NCBI RefSeq assembly: GCF_006345805.1
Contig: NC_042997.1
Coordinates: forward strand, 65,658,001-65,722,000
Source of the DNA: Octopus sinensis
Lineage: Eukaryota
DNA: 64,000 bases
Direction: 5' to 3'
Position numbers and translations under genes: made by a program. The notes beneath the pieces were generated by a model that saw only the letters and a program-made list of their open reading frames with translations, searched no databases and was not told the DNA's origin. This document shows positions 37,891-50,729 of the stretch, in pieces. Position 1 is the stretch's first letter. Each line of letters begins with the position of its first letter.

Positions 37891-39409
37891 CTGGGTTATA
37901 AAGCAGAACATTATCTTTTAGATACAGCTTTGTCAATATATGTAAGAGATTATTAGGAGGAATCATCAAGTACTGTAAAATTTTGCGCCCGTTTTTATAT
38001 TGAAGATTTATTTGTATATTGTCCGTAAAAAAGAGGGGAGTATGTATAAGATTGATTCTTGGGTATGGGTGTTTGCTGCATTGTTTTGTGTTGTTATTTC
38101 TTTGTCATGAATGATGCATTAATAAAATTGTTAAAAATTCCTACAAATGGTGAATCTCACAGTCTCAGTTAACTTTCCAATAATGCACCACACATATGTA
38201 ACACTGTTAAAACTGCATCATCATCATCATCATCCTCACTATCACGGCCGCCACCATCATTAACATTGCAAAGAATAGGACTTCTATTTTTAGAGTCTAT
38301 ACATAGCTAGCTTCTAATCATTTGTTAACCAGTCGCCAACACCTTTTAGGCTAAATCCCAAATATGATCATTGTGTTATTGAAAAGTAATCAACCCCTAT
38401 TAACAAGCATCAACTAAAGCACAGACAAGACGACTCTTCTTTTTACCTCATCTATTTCTTGTACGGTCTCTGCCCCTCTAAGCAAGGTAACTACATACCG
38501 TCTTCTCCCAAGTACACTCCTACTGCTTCTGCTGTTCATCCACGCACTAAAAACTCCCAGCCCTTTATTCACTTTATTCGAGTCTTTGGAATACTCCCAT
38601 TCACTTCTGCTGTCATCCAGAGATGCTCTGCACAAATCATAGTTATGCTTTTCACTGTTTCTCACTGTTTCTCTGACATACCAAAAACAAAAATAATAGA
38701 ACAACACCAGAAAATGCGATTTTATCATAATCCGTTCACCAGTTAATCATACAACTTCTACAGTTTAGTTAGAGAGGAAAATGCAGCCATCATAGCATTT
38801 ATAGGTCTGTGGGAAGAGAAGGGAAAGAAAACACAACACGCATGTTACTAGAGTAGAAAGTGTTGTATTTAGAGGCAGAGCTATTCGAAAACCGGACACC
38901 TGCTTTGAAATTTTGTAACAGAGTGAATTCTAGTAAGAATCAAAGTTGGGGTGGTGGTGCTAAATCTAGAATTCGATCTACTACACAAAAGCAAATACAG
39001 TCCAGTTTTTACCCATACAATCCTTGTTGACCAAAATTCACTGTCAATATACCAGGGAAAGTAGTGCAATCCAACACCATATCATTACCAAGTAAATTTC
39101 TTAACTACATAGATATGACTGTGTTACTTAGCAAAAGCTAAATTTAATCCATTATACAAATTAAACAAACCTTTTTAGTCATATAAATTTAAGAAAAATT
39201 TAATCTACTCAATTTCATCATTACATCTAAAATTTCTCATTTCAATTTTGTAACTTTCTAGAAATCATTCTAAAGAAAAAAAATAACTCAAATATTTAAA
39301 ACTCTCAAACCACTCACTTTGATTGTTTAATTTCAATTCAGAAGACATATGTTCAGTTTTTAGTTCTACTTTAAATCAAGGCAGCCGTTAAACAAGAAAA
39401 TACAAATCC

Positions 39410-39658
39410 CCGGGCAGGCGTAGCGTTTTGGTTCAGAAGCAAGCTTCCCATCCATGTGGCCTTGATTTCAGTCTACTGTATACTGCGTCAGCAATTGTTT
39501 TCTACTATAGTCGCAACCTGCCAAAGCCTAGCGAGTGAATTTGGTTGACAGAAACTGGGGTCGATGTAATTGACTTAATCCGTTTGTCTGTCCTTGTTTG
39601 TCCACTCTATGTTTAGCCCCTTGTGGGAATAAAGAAATAGGAAACTGGAAGAAGGCCA

Positions 39659-39660
<2 letters not shown>
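39410..39660 (+). mobile_element. SINE family B 5' half carrying a 5'-truncated SINE A tail (39555-39640)
   Basis: Insert flanked by GAAACTGG at 39551-39558 and 39641-39648. Confidence 0.75.
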
Positions 39661-39756
<96 letters not shown>

Positions 39757-39759
39757 ATA

Positions 39760-41843
39760 ATAAATATTAGGAATAAATCCAAATTTACAGGGAAAAAATC
39801 AGATTTAGGATTAAATCGATTTTATAGTAAAATATTATTCGAGACAAAACCACTATTTTGCAAAACAAACAAGGAAAGACTTAATCAATACATAAAATTT
39901 TAATAAATAGTCAAAAAAACCGCCACTACAATCGTTTCTTGTCTTGATCGACAATCTTCAGGTGGACTTCCAATCTAAAAAATCAATATTTTAAAATATA
40001 AAATAATAATTTTAAAATAATTAAAGTATGAATGAAAAAATATAAGTATATAATCCATATATAACCTATCTATAATCCATATATAATCAATATATAAACA
40101 ATATATAAACTAAAAAAACCTATCAACAATTAAATATAAAATATAAAATATAAAATATAAAATATAAAACAAAACAAAAAAAATAATAATAATATAATAA
40201 TAAACTATATATACACCCATACGCATATACCTAATTATATATAACCATATCTAACTACATACACTAAATCACACACCTATATATATATCCCTATACATAC
40301 ACATAAAAATGTCTAGGCAACTATAAATAAATAAAATAGCTAAATACTTCAACACAATACTTATTCATACTCCCACACACACACACATACAACCCACATT
40401 CACGCTCTAGAAAACGGACATCACTCAAAACTATGAACGGAGAAATGGAATAAATGGAATTAAAAATTATATTCACTTGGTAAAACGAACACTACTTAAA
40501 AATTATGAATGAAACAATGCAATAAAACAACAGACATCGCAAATAGACACAAATAACTACAAATTCCTTATCAAACCTACCATGATAACCAAAACTCATA
40601 AAAACATATAATGATAAAATCTCCCTTTACTAAACTCTATAACAAACCTATATAGCAATCCCCCTAACCTAAACATTCACACACAAATACACACACGTAA
40701 ACCACACACCCACGACATATACAAATACCCACACCACTTACACATACCAATACATACATATAAACCTCAACATATACTCCAAAAACCCACTCAACCCCAC
40801 ACAGACATAAACACAAAAATTATGAATGGATTCTTTTATAAAACTACCATGATAAGCTAAAACTCACAAAACAGAAATGATAAAACCTCCCTTTACTAAA
40901 CACTAAAACATACTTATATAGCAATTCCTTTAATCTATACATTCACACACAAAACCACTCGTAAACCACACACCCATAACAAATACAAACTCCCACCCCA
41001 CTCACACACACCCACAAGTACATATAAGCCTCAACATATACACCAAACAAAATTACTTTACCAAGGAACTTAACATATATATAAAAAGTATAACCGCTCT
41101 GGAAACGAACATCTCTAAATTAATGAATGGAGAAATGGAATAAATGGAATTAAAAATAAAATTCACGTGGCAAAACGAACACCACTCAAAAATTATGAAT
41201 GAAACAATATAATAAAACAACCAACATCGAAAATAGACAAATTACTACGAATTCCCTAAAAAAAAAACCATGATAAACCAAAACTCTTAAAAAACATATA
41301 ACGATAAAATCTCCCTTTGCTAAACTCTATAACAAACCTATTTAGTAATCCCCCTAACCTAAACATTCACACACAAACACACACGTAAACCACAGACCCA
41401 CGACTTATACACATACCTAAACTAACTTATAAACCTCCATATACGCCAAAACCCACTCCCTCCCACACAGACAAATTAACTCATACATCCCAAAACCTAA
41501 ATAACAAACCCATATACACATTCACACACAAACACACACACACGCAAAACACACACACACAACAGATACATATACTCCCTCACATATACGCATATACATA
41601 CTCACTAAACTCAATATATACAACAATATTTACACACCCACACTCATACAGATAAATAAATTATACAACTAAAAACTCGCACACAATCTCATATACATAA
41701 ACACTCCTATGAAAACAACATTAAATACATCGTAATTAACCAGAATATCAAAAATAACAATATGACATAAAGGTAAATAAAATACATACTTACAATTCAG
41801 TGTCAAATTATGGAGTGAAATTAAATTCTTAGCCGTTAAAAAT

Positions 41844-41846
<3 letters not shown>
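39760..41846 (-). mobile_element. (TA)n-flanked 2.1-kb non-coding Penelope-like element with hammerhead and internal direct repeats
   Basis: Terminus shared with 7325. Hammerhead at 39923-39965. Repeats 40403-40815, 40815-41050 (partial) and 41096-41475. Strong A/C skew on plus; no ORF of 60 aa or more. Confidence 0.65.
39923..39965 (-). ncRNA. Minimal type I hammerhead ribozyme, intact core
   Basis: CCAC CUGAAGA UUGUC-GAUCAA-GACAA GAAAC GAUU GUA GUGG: helix I 4 bp, helix II 5 bp, all core residues present, GUA cleavage triplet. Confidence 0.85.
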
Positions 41847-41895
<49 letters not shown>

Positions 41896-41898
41896 TAC

Positions 41899-41969
<71 letters not shown>

Positions 41970-42299
41970 GGTTTCCTTTCAAAACATTTCTTCGAAAAGT
42001 TTATTCTGTTTATGGGGATAGGTTATCCAAGCGGGCGCAGCAGTTATGCGCGACTATCGATTGATAATTCTGGTTATCGTCCGTGTGCTTATGTAATAAT
42101 ATTTGTGGTTCGTTCGTTTAACTATTCTTACCACTTCTGGAAATCCAGTTGTCCATATAGATTAAAAACAGTGAATATTCTGTGTGTATACTTATTTTTT
42201 CTTTAAACTATTAAGTATGTATGTATGTATGTATGTATGTATGTATGTATGTATGTATGTATGTATGTATGTATGTTTGTATGTATGCCTATGGATCTT

Positions 42300-42510
42300 T
42301 GTGTTTGTTCTTTGTTTGTGCTGTACCACCGCTCGACAAATAATGTTGGTTTGTTTACGTCCCCGGTTCGGCAAAAGAGACCGATAGAATAAATACCAGG
42401 TTTTAAAAAATAAGCAATGGTGTAGATTTGTTCGACAAAACCAGCGAATACAATGCTCCAGTATGACTGCAGTTCAATGGCTGAAACAAGTAAAAGATAA
42501 AGATAAAATG
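42300..42510 (+). mobile_element. SINE family B, 3' half
   Basis: tttacgtcccc..ggttcggcaaaagagaccgatagaataa...ctgaaacaagtaaaagataa. Confidence 0.8.
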
Positions 42511-43080
42511 GTACACAAAACCCTGTTTACATTAAGATTACTGTAGGCTCATTTACTCTCTTAGCACCACTCGAATAAATCATGAATATTTTGAGCCAAA
42601 GAGGAAGCTACTATAAAGTCGTTCTAGAAACAGAAATAGCTAATTACCTCCTCTCCCGTCCCAAATTTCATTATACCATTTATAAAAAGATACAATGGAT
42701 ATTACAACACGAAAAAGCAAATGGAATGGTCGTGGTTGAAATAGTTTCGATCATAGATCGACTCGATCAATGCCAAGCTAGAGATATATAACATAGCCAT
42801 CATTATCATTAACAGCTGATTTTTGAGTTTAAAAATCCGTAAATAATATGGTATATGTAATCTTTCAAAGCAAGGTAAATATTATCATCTAAATATTCCT
42901 CCACGATTTCTTACTCCTTCCTGGATAAATTTCCGTTGATTGTCCTCTCAATTTCGATATCTACCGCGAGAATAAACTAATAAAACAAGTGATTATAGCT
43001 GTAAGGAAGGTTTCATACCCATTTAGATAGTTACACACACACAAACACATTTATACGTATGTACATATATATTTGTGCGT

Positions 43081-43127
<47 letters not shown>

Positions 43128-43132
<5 letters not shown>

Positions 43133-43760
43133 AGAATTCACAAAAAACAAAAGACGAAAACAGGTGGTGTAGACAATAAACAAATGTATTAGTTTAACGC
43201 CGGGAAGTGAAAAAGTCTTTAACGTTTCGAGCCTACGCACTTCCACAGAAAGGGACACAGAAAGAAACAAGGAGAGAAAATAAAGAATGTGTAGTGGCTA
43301 GCGATCCATCATGGCGAATTCCGGACAGAGGGGTTCCACAGGTAAGCTAGGGAGAAGGGGAGATGATAAAGCAGTGATGCTCCCAAAACGAAGGTGCGCG
43401 TGCGCGTGTATAAGAGAGTATGTATGTGCGAGTAGAAGAGGGCTGGTGACCTTGTCGTGTGTGTGTATGTGTAGGTGTGTGGATGTGGGGCTGGGAAGTG
43501 GTCAGTGTTAGTGTGTGCGTAGTGGTGTGATGTGATGTGATGTGGTGTGGTGTGGTGTGATGGTGTTGGGAGGTGGGGGAAGCGAGAGTGGGGAAAGCAA
43601 GGGTGGGGTATGGGTTAGGCTGAGGGTGGGGGTAAAGGTGGGATTACGTGGGAGGGGTGACGAGAGAGGGGGAAGGAAGAAGGTTGGTAGGTGTGAAGAG
43701 AAGAGAGTCGGAGCAAGAGAGGACAGATGGGAGCGGAGAAACAAAAGAAGGGCACTCAAC
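43128..43760 (-). mobile_element. (TA)n-anchored repeat, probable Penelope-like terminus
   Basis: Begins at the edge of (TA)n; hammerhead-like motif 90 bp in; G-rich skewed body on plus. Confidence 0.5.
43217..43252 (-). ncRNA. Atypical hammerhead-like motif (core CUGUGGA-A)
   Basis: CUUU CUGUGGA A GUGC-GUAG-GCUC GAAAC GUU AAAG. Confidence 0.55.
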
Positions 43761-43854
43761 AAATTTATTGGGAGTTATATATATGGGTGCAAGATGGCCT
43801 TCTTTTTACCTAGTGATGTTAGTTAAATAGAAATAGAAATAGAAATATAAACGC

Positions 43855-44055
43855 CTCGGATACAGAATCATTAACTTGCCGGATAAAATGCGTAGCAGCA
43901 TTTCCTCTAGCTCTACGTTCTGAGTTCAAATTCCACCGAGGTTGACTTTGCCTTTCAGCTCTGAAGGGCCGATAAAGTAAGTACCAAGCAAGTAGTAGTA
44001 TCGATGTAATCGATTCGCCCCTCCTCTGACTTTTCAGGCCTTCTGCCTATAATAA
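43855..44055 (+). mobile_element. SINE family A, diverged
   Basis: tacgttctgagttcaaattccaccgaggttgactttgcctttca...tcgatgtaatcga. Confidence 0.8.
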
Positions 44056-46104
44056 AATGAAAAGAATAATTAAAAATATGAAATCTATGGCACAGATTCG
44101 TTATTGGATGCTTTAAGGTGTAACTGCGCTCTCTAAATATATTCTCACCATCATCATTAACTACCTCATTATCATAACAATCATTATCTTAATCACTAAC
44201 GTCATAACTATCATCATCTTGGCTATCATTATTACCATCATCATCATCATCATCATCATCATCGCAATCACCAGTATAGTTAAACCATCATCGTTGACGT
44301 AAACTTTTACAGTAGTCTCTTAACATTCGTAACCATCATCATCCTCATCATCATGCTCTTTCACCTCATCATCAATATGATAGCCTTCACCATCAGTATC
44401 ATTACTATTAATACCACCAGCACCAACACCATTACTCTGAACATCACTGTCATACATATTATCACCACCATCTTCGTTACCGTCGTAAGAGCAGTCATTA
44501 TTTTCATCAACATGATTGCGAACCACCACATGACTAGACTCCTCAATTACATTACGACATTCCTATATTACGCCCCCATGACACAGAAATAAAACCCCGT
44601 ACATATTCAAATAATAAAGCTTGATTGATATCTTATAATGTGGCATTTATTGACGTTATTATTGCTTAGCGAGATGATCTAGAAACATCAATGGTCGAAA
44701 ACGGTCCAGCAACAACCGTTCCATCTAAGACTACTTTGAATAAATTAAAGAAAATACAGTCCGTACGTTTTGTGAGAGAATTAGTGTTATTCCTAACAGA
44801 TCGACTGTCGAGAAAATGCGTCTTCGTTGATTGTGTGTATGTACGTGTGTATGTATTTGAAAGTAAAAGAAAGAGAGAGAGAGAGAGCGAGAGACCAAGG
44901 CCATTAATAAAATAAATATTGCAGATGCAATTATTCTCTGTCAATACAGTTTATAGATTTATATTTTCTCTCTTTAGACATAAAATATTGAAACAATATT
45001 CTTTCAATGACAACTCAATATATTATATTTCGTACTTTTTTCTTGCATTTTTCTTATTTTTCTTATATTTCTTTCATCATCCATTGTTACGCACTACACA
45101 CGCTAAAAACAATTATAAACCAAAATATGAACACAACACAGTCATACATTTTATGTGTTTGTATGTCTGTATATTTTTGGGAGCGTGTGTATTTTTTAAG
45201 GTATGTATCTATATTTGAAGATGGATGAATATATGTGTATGTGTGTACATATATATGTGTGTGTGTATATGTATATATACATCTATATATATGTATATAT
45301 ATACATGTATATATACATACATATATATATATAAACATACACAAATTCATATGAAACATGATTATTTAGGAAAATATTTAGTCATAGTTATGACATTCTT
45401 CCAGAATATTTGATTAATAGAGACATAATGTCTTACTTGTGCGCAAGTCAATCACTCTTTGACCTCAGCTGCTTTCTTATCAGTTCGTATTGCTCGCTTC
45501 CTTGAGCAAGTTATCTTGACAGACTTCAGAGCTTTTCGCATTTATCTTACTATTAAGCCATCACTTATGTTATATGCTTGCCTATGCAAACACGATATAT
45601 ATAAATAACCACATACGTACGCACACGTTACACACACAAGCACCCATACACACATATATATGTATGTACCCATATATACTCCTACATACAGAACTACATA
45701 CATGCATGTATACATTGTATGTGTGTCTGTATGTATATATATATATATACACATACACACATATGCTCTTTTACTCTTCTACTTGTTTCAGTCATTCGAC
45801 TGTGGCCATGCTGGAGCACACACACAGACACACACACACACACACATACACACATACACACACACATACACACACACACACATATATATATACATATACA
45901 TACATATAAAAGGGATGACCACTAAGTGGACATCCAATATGGTAGAAGTAGACCCCATATGGTCTACTCTTATATGTATGTAATATAATTTTTCTGAATC
46001 TTCAGATTTTCAATATGCTAAGCCACTGGTTTAAATTGATGTTAATCAAATTAATATTCAATTTTTACCCTTATTATTTAAATATATATATGCGCGCGTG
46101 TGTA

Positions 46105-46153
<49 letters not shown>

Positions 46154-46542
46154 GTGTGTGTGTGTGTGTTTATGTGTGTGTGTGTGTGTGTGTGTATTAT
46201 TCTTAAACAAGAACATTATTGACGGTGACTTCAAAGTTTCGGCCTAAATTCATTTCGCAGTTATGAATTCCTCTGAATTATCGGGGCTCTGGGATATGTA
46301 ACACACTGCCTAAGTACCAATCTTGAGAAATTAGGCTTCTCAAAACCAGAAAGGATAAAGCTAATTCGAAGACTATAAATCCAATCCATCGTTGGAACTG
46401 TAAAAATCTGTAAAACTTTCCAGAAGTTTATCATTTAAATATACATGAGCATGTCAAGACATGCAACTATATGCATGGCATGTTTCTTTTACCTCAGCCC
46501 GAATCTATCCAAGATTTGTGGGTGATGTGTAATGCCCATCGG

Positions 46543-47668
46543 ATGAACCAGCACATGAAATTTACAGATCCAGCCTTGCCGCACATTGAGTTTTGCTGAT
46601 TGTGCTTGATTACTACATTAAGGGTACACGTGCCTGTGGAATACTATTTCCGGTATAGTTTCAGATTTAGAGTTTTTATACAGTATTCTTTGGATGTTCG
46701 TAGTTATTCGATTTTTTCCTTTAATTTGAAAAAAGAAAGAAAACATTTTGAATTTTCCATTTGCACAACAGTTGAAATGTTCACTTCATGGAATATTTCT
46801 CAGAGTTGAATTTTTGATTTGTTGTTTATGTACTTTAACCTGATGTATAAATTTTGATCGTGTTTGGCCGATATAATTCTCATTGCCTTGTGAATACGTG
46901 ATGCAATTTATAAGTTTTGTGCGTTTTTTCTTTTATTTTGTTTTGCAATTCATATTCTTGAATTTGTTGTTGTTAGCTCTTCAGTTATTTCACACATCCC
47001 ACCACGAATATTTTCGACGTTTGTTACTGTTGTTTTTCTTCTTCTGTTGTGAATTTCACCCTCGTTAAGAATCATTTAAGATTTGGTTGTTATCTTCGCT
47101 TGTTGATAATTTGTGATTCTATATTTTTCTGAGATTGAATGATTGATGTAGAATTGGGAGGTATTGTGTGGCCAAATGTAAGATGTGGTTTATAAGAGTA
47201 AGGGAAAACTACAAATGGAATATATATATTTTATCTTTGCTTTTGCCCTCGTTGTGAGGTTCCACCATAAGAGAGTGATTTGAGATCTCTTTCGCTGTGG
47301 TTATGGCATAATTTACTAAGATTTTGGAGGGGAATATTTTTGTTTCTGAAGGAATATATTTAGGTCTACCAGTTATTTCTCCTATATATTTGTGTCCGAA
47401 ACTATTAAACATATACGTTTTGCCTTCTCGAATAGGCTGTTACTATTACTGTGGCATGGGTGGAAGTTATCCAAAATTTAAATATTCTTGTATGTAACTC
47501 TGTCTTTGCAGTAAACATCGTCTAATTTTCTTCACTTATGAACCAGCACATGGAATTTTAAGATCCAGCCTTGCCGCACATTCTGTCATGCTCATTGTGC
47601 TTGATTAGTACGTCAAGAGTACACGTATCTGTGGAATACTATTTCGGGTAGAGTTACAGATTTAGAGT
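46543..47668 (-). mobile_element. Degenerate Penelope-like element (RT thumb and GIY-YIG) between ~130-bp direct repeats
   Basis: Minus-strand translation with stops: DVYCKD...FHPCH...AKRICLIVSD...FLQKQKY, KRR*QPNLK*FLTRVKF, ENYIGQT, VHKQQI...SEHF. Repeats 46543-46672 and 47539-47668. Confidence 0.75.
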
Positions 47669-48163
47669 AAAAAAAAAGAAGAATTTCGTTCCGTTCATTT
47701 CCTTAGTAAACTGGATCGATTTGTTTATTAATTAAAGGAATATTCTTTTCTTTTTACTTCTTTTTACTTATTTCAACTACAATATATGAAGCAGTCAACT
47801 TCGAATCTTTCCCAGTTTCTTTTAAAATAGGATTGGAAATGCTGATCAAAAGGAGACGGTCACAGCTAATCTCTATAAAATATCAATATTTTCAGTGAAA
47901 GAGTTTATAAATATTACTTTACTGAGAAGTATTGAGTAATCATCCTTCTGTTTAATGCTAATTTTCTATTTTTATATATCAATATATCACTTACATACAT
48001 ATGTGAACAGCTAAGCACAATATAACACCATGACAGAAAAGTTTTATCGTCACTAATTGTGCCTTAGTGTGCCGAAGCACCTACATTGCAAGAAATAGAA
48101 GTTAAAAACCCTTAATGCTGCATGAAGCGCACACGGGAGACAGCTATCACATACATTACTAGG

Positions 48164-48211
48164 ATCACTGGACTAGTTTCGCCTATCAGTCGTAGGCCCC
48201 TCAGAAGTGAT
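48164..48211 (-). ncRNA. Minimal type I hammerhead motif, one core change (CUGAGGG)
   Basis: AUCACUU CUGAGGG GCCUA-CGACUGA-UAGGC GAAAC UA GUC CAGUGAU; palindromic helix III ACUAGU; GUC triplet. Confidence 0.7.
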
Positions 48212-49356
48212 AGCTCAACAGCTCGCTGGTTTCGTCAACATACATATATGAATAGATATATACATATAGACATACGTATGTACATACTCTTATATATATA
48301 TATATATATGTTTCTTTTCCTATGATTAGTAGTGGAATAAATACAGAAGTCGCACAATTTATGTTTATATTTTTACTTTATTTTCTATGTAATATAATGA
48401 CATTTAGTTTTAGAAGAACTTTTTATCAAACAGATATAAATGAATATTTAAGTGAAAACTGTGAAAATCATCTTGTGTAGTATTAAACACAAACAGTACT
48501 AAATTTAACCAGAGGAACAAAGTGTATTTTTGCATTAGAAGATTAGGCAAAAGATTCCGATAACCTTCATAGGAACTGACAAAATAAATAAACCCAATAA
48601 ATCGCATCGTAGTATTTGGGAAGAGACTCCATAGTACATTTTCGACTTAATTTTCTAATTTTCCCTTCTCCCTTCAGATGCTGAACGGTGGCTTACGAAA
48701 ATTTGTTTCTTCAAATTATTTTCTAATAATCCTAAAAATATCTTAATGTTTTATGTAAAATATCGTAATGTTTTATGTAAAAATAATTTAATTATTTCGA
48801 TGTACTTGTTTGGCGGGTGCAAAACCACTAACTTCTCTTCGTCATTTATAATTTAGTGTCAAAACGTTCGTCGTGCTAATAGATGCTTAAAAGAAGTTAA
48901 GATGTTTTTTGTGATTTTGAATGGTTAATATGCGTCTTCCAACCTGTAGGTGCTAATCATTAGATTACAATATGTATAAATATTGAAACCTTACAATACA
49001 TGTTTATTAAGCAGGTTTTAAATTTCAATGAAGATTTCGTAGATGTCCATTTATAATTACGTATATCAGATATCAGACTTTAGAATTGAAATTAAAAGTT
49101 TAATTTTTACGTTCAGCACACGAAGATAAGAATTAGGATGAATGTAGAAGCCGCACAATATAATCTTTAGTGCTACAGACGCTAGATTACAATGGTGATT
49201 TAGAAAATTTTCAAATCTACACACCCATTCATGTTTGCTTGATAAGGATTTTGCTTTGTTAAATCATACAGTTCTATATTTAAGAGATGAGGAATTATAT
49301 GCATTATTTACATTATTTACATTTGACGGAAATTTGTCCTCATCTTGTTTGTTGTT

Positions 49357-49402
49357 AACACAACGTTTCGGCTGATATACCCTCCAACCTTCATCAGGTG
49401 TC
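49357..49402 (-). ncRNA. Minimal type I hammerhead ribozyme, intact core
   Basis: GACAC CUGAUGA A GGUUG-loop-CAGCC GAAAC GUU GUGUU; palindromic AACGUU helix III. Confidence 0.85.
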
Positions 49403-49437
49403 TTGGGGGAAATTTCGAATTTTCGATGTTATTATTA

Positions 49438-49503
<66 letters not shown>

Positions 49504-50195
49504 TCACTGCCTGGAATCGAACTCGGAATCCTGGGGTTAGTAGCCTGTTTTTGGTCATATTCTCTTCTATTGGTGGTTTTACTCGGAGATATTTGCGAAG
49601 TGTCATATTACTCTTGAATACTGTCCTGATATCATATGGGCCACATATCTTTTGTATCTTTTCGAAGAGGCCTTTCACATAGGGTAGACAGACTGTGTAC
49701 AGTTTCTTGATTTCTTCCTCTCTTTTCTTCATACTTGGAGTGGATAGTATGTTTTGGGGTAGTTGTTGCTTAATAGATTGTTACTGAGCTTGATCATTTC
49801 TTCGTGGTGGGTATCACGATCGCTACATATATACTTTCCTCCAATCCCTCCCTTTACACTGTATGGATGGTGGGAATTAAAGTTGAGGTATCGTCCAGTG
49901 AAGGTCGGCTTGCGGTATACGGATGTCCTGAATCCATACTTGGTGCTAGTTATTAATACCTCCAGGAATGCTAGCTGATTGACTTCTTCCTTTTCCATTG
50001 TGAACTGTATGGATGACTTTATTGAGTTCACATGATCTAATACCACTTGATTTATAGGCCCTAAAATTCACTCTATAATTGCCCACGAGCAGACGGCGTA
50101 GTGGTTAAGATCGCGGGCTACTAACCCCAAGATTCCGAGTAATAATAATAATAATAATAATTAGGAATGAGAACCCGGGTTCGAAATTTTCCAAA

Positions 50196-50241
50196 GACAC
50201 ATGATGAAGGCTGGGGGGTATATCAGCCGAAACATTGTGTT
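50196..50241 (+). ncRNA. Hammerhead motif, mutated (AUGAUGA; GAAACAUU)
   Basis: Inverted pLTR copy of 49357-49402 with two core/helix III changes. Confidence 0.65.
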
Positions 50242-50729
50242 AACAACAAACAAGATGACAAAAATCCGTCAAATGCAAATAATGTAAATAACTGTTAAAT
50301 CATAGGTTGATATTTTATGCGAAAATATAAACTTGCCTTGTAAGGTTTCTACATAAAGCTCCCTTTATAATTTTTGCACGTAAAACATTTCTCACAACGT
50401 TATTAAATAAAACTACCTCTTACCAAGATTATGAGAAAATCATTTTAAAATGAAATTCTTGTAGATTAATTTTGAACATCATAGGAGACAAGAGAAGATT
50501 CGATAATCTACGTGAAAATAAAAAATGTTTATCCTATTAGAACAGACACACATGTATGGAGAGATTGCCGTGACAATGTTTATATCACAGACGCTAAATT
50601 TCATAGAAAATTACGAAATATTCAATTCAAAGTACATATATATGAGGATGAGTTCTTCAACTTAAAATATCATAAAATGTTATCCATTATTTTATATAAC
50701 AAAATTATATTTGTATTATACGCTTTCTC

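Larger units (their letters stand above)
49270..50292 (-). mobile_element. Penelope-like element: deleted RT fragment between inverted pLTRs, 12-bp TSD
   Basis: 49546-50050 encodes SIQFTMEKE..NQLAFLEVLI...TSVYRKPTFTGRYLNFNSHHP and TVCLPYVKGLFEKIQKIC. TGTTAAATCATA at 49257-49268 and 50293-50304. Confidence 0.9.

Noticed and set aside
38414-39100. ORF pair 38414-38746 as a gene or LINE ORF1 remnant
   Set aside because: Only a vague resemblance to a gag-like ORF1; no intact motif to support a call.
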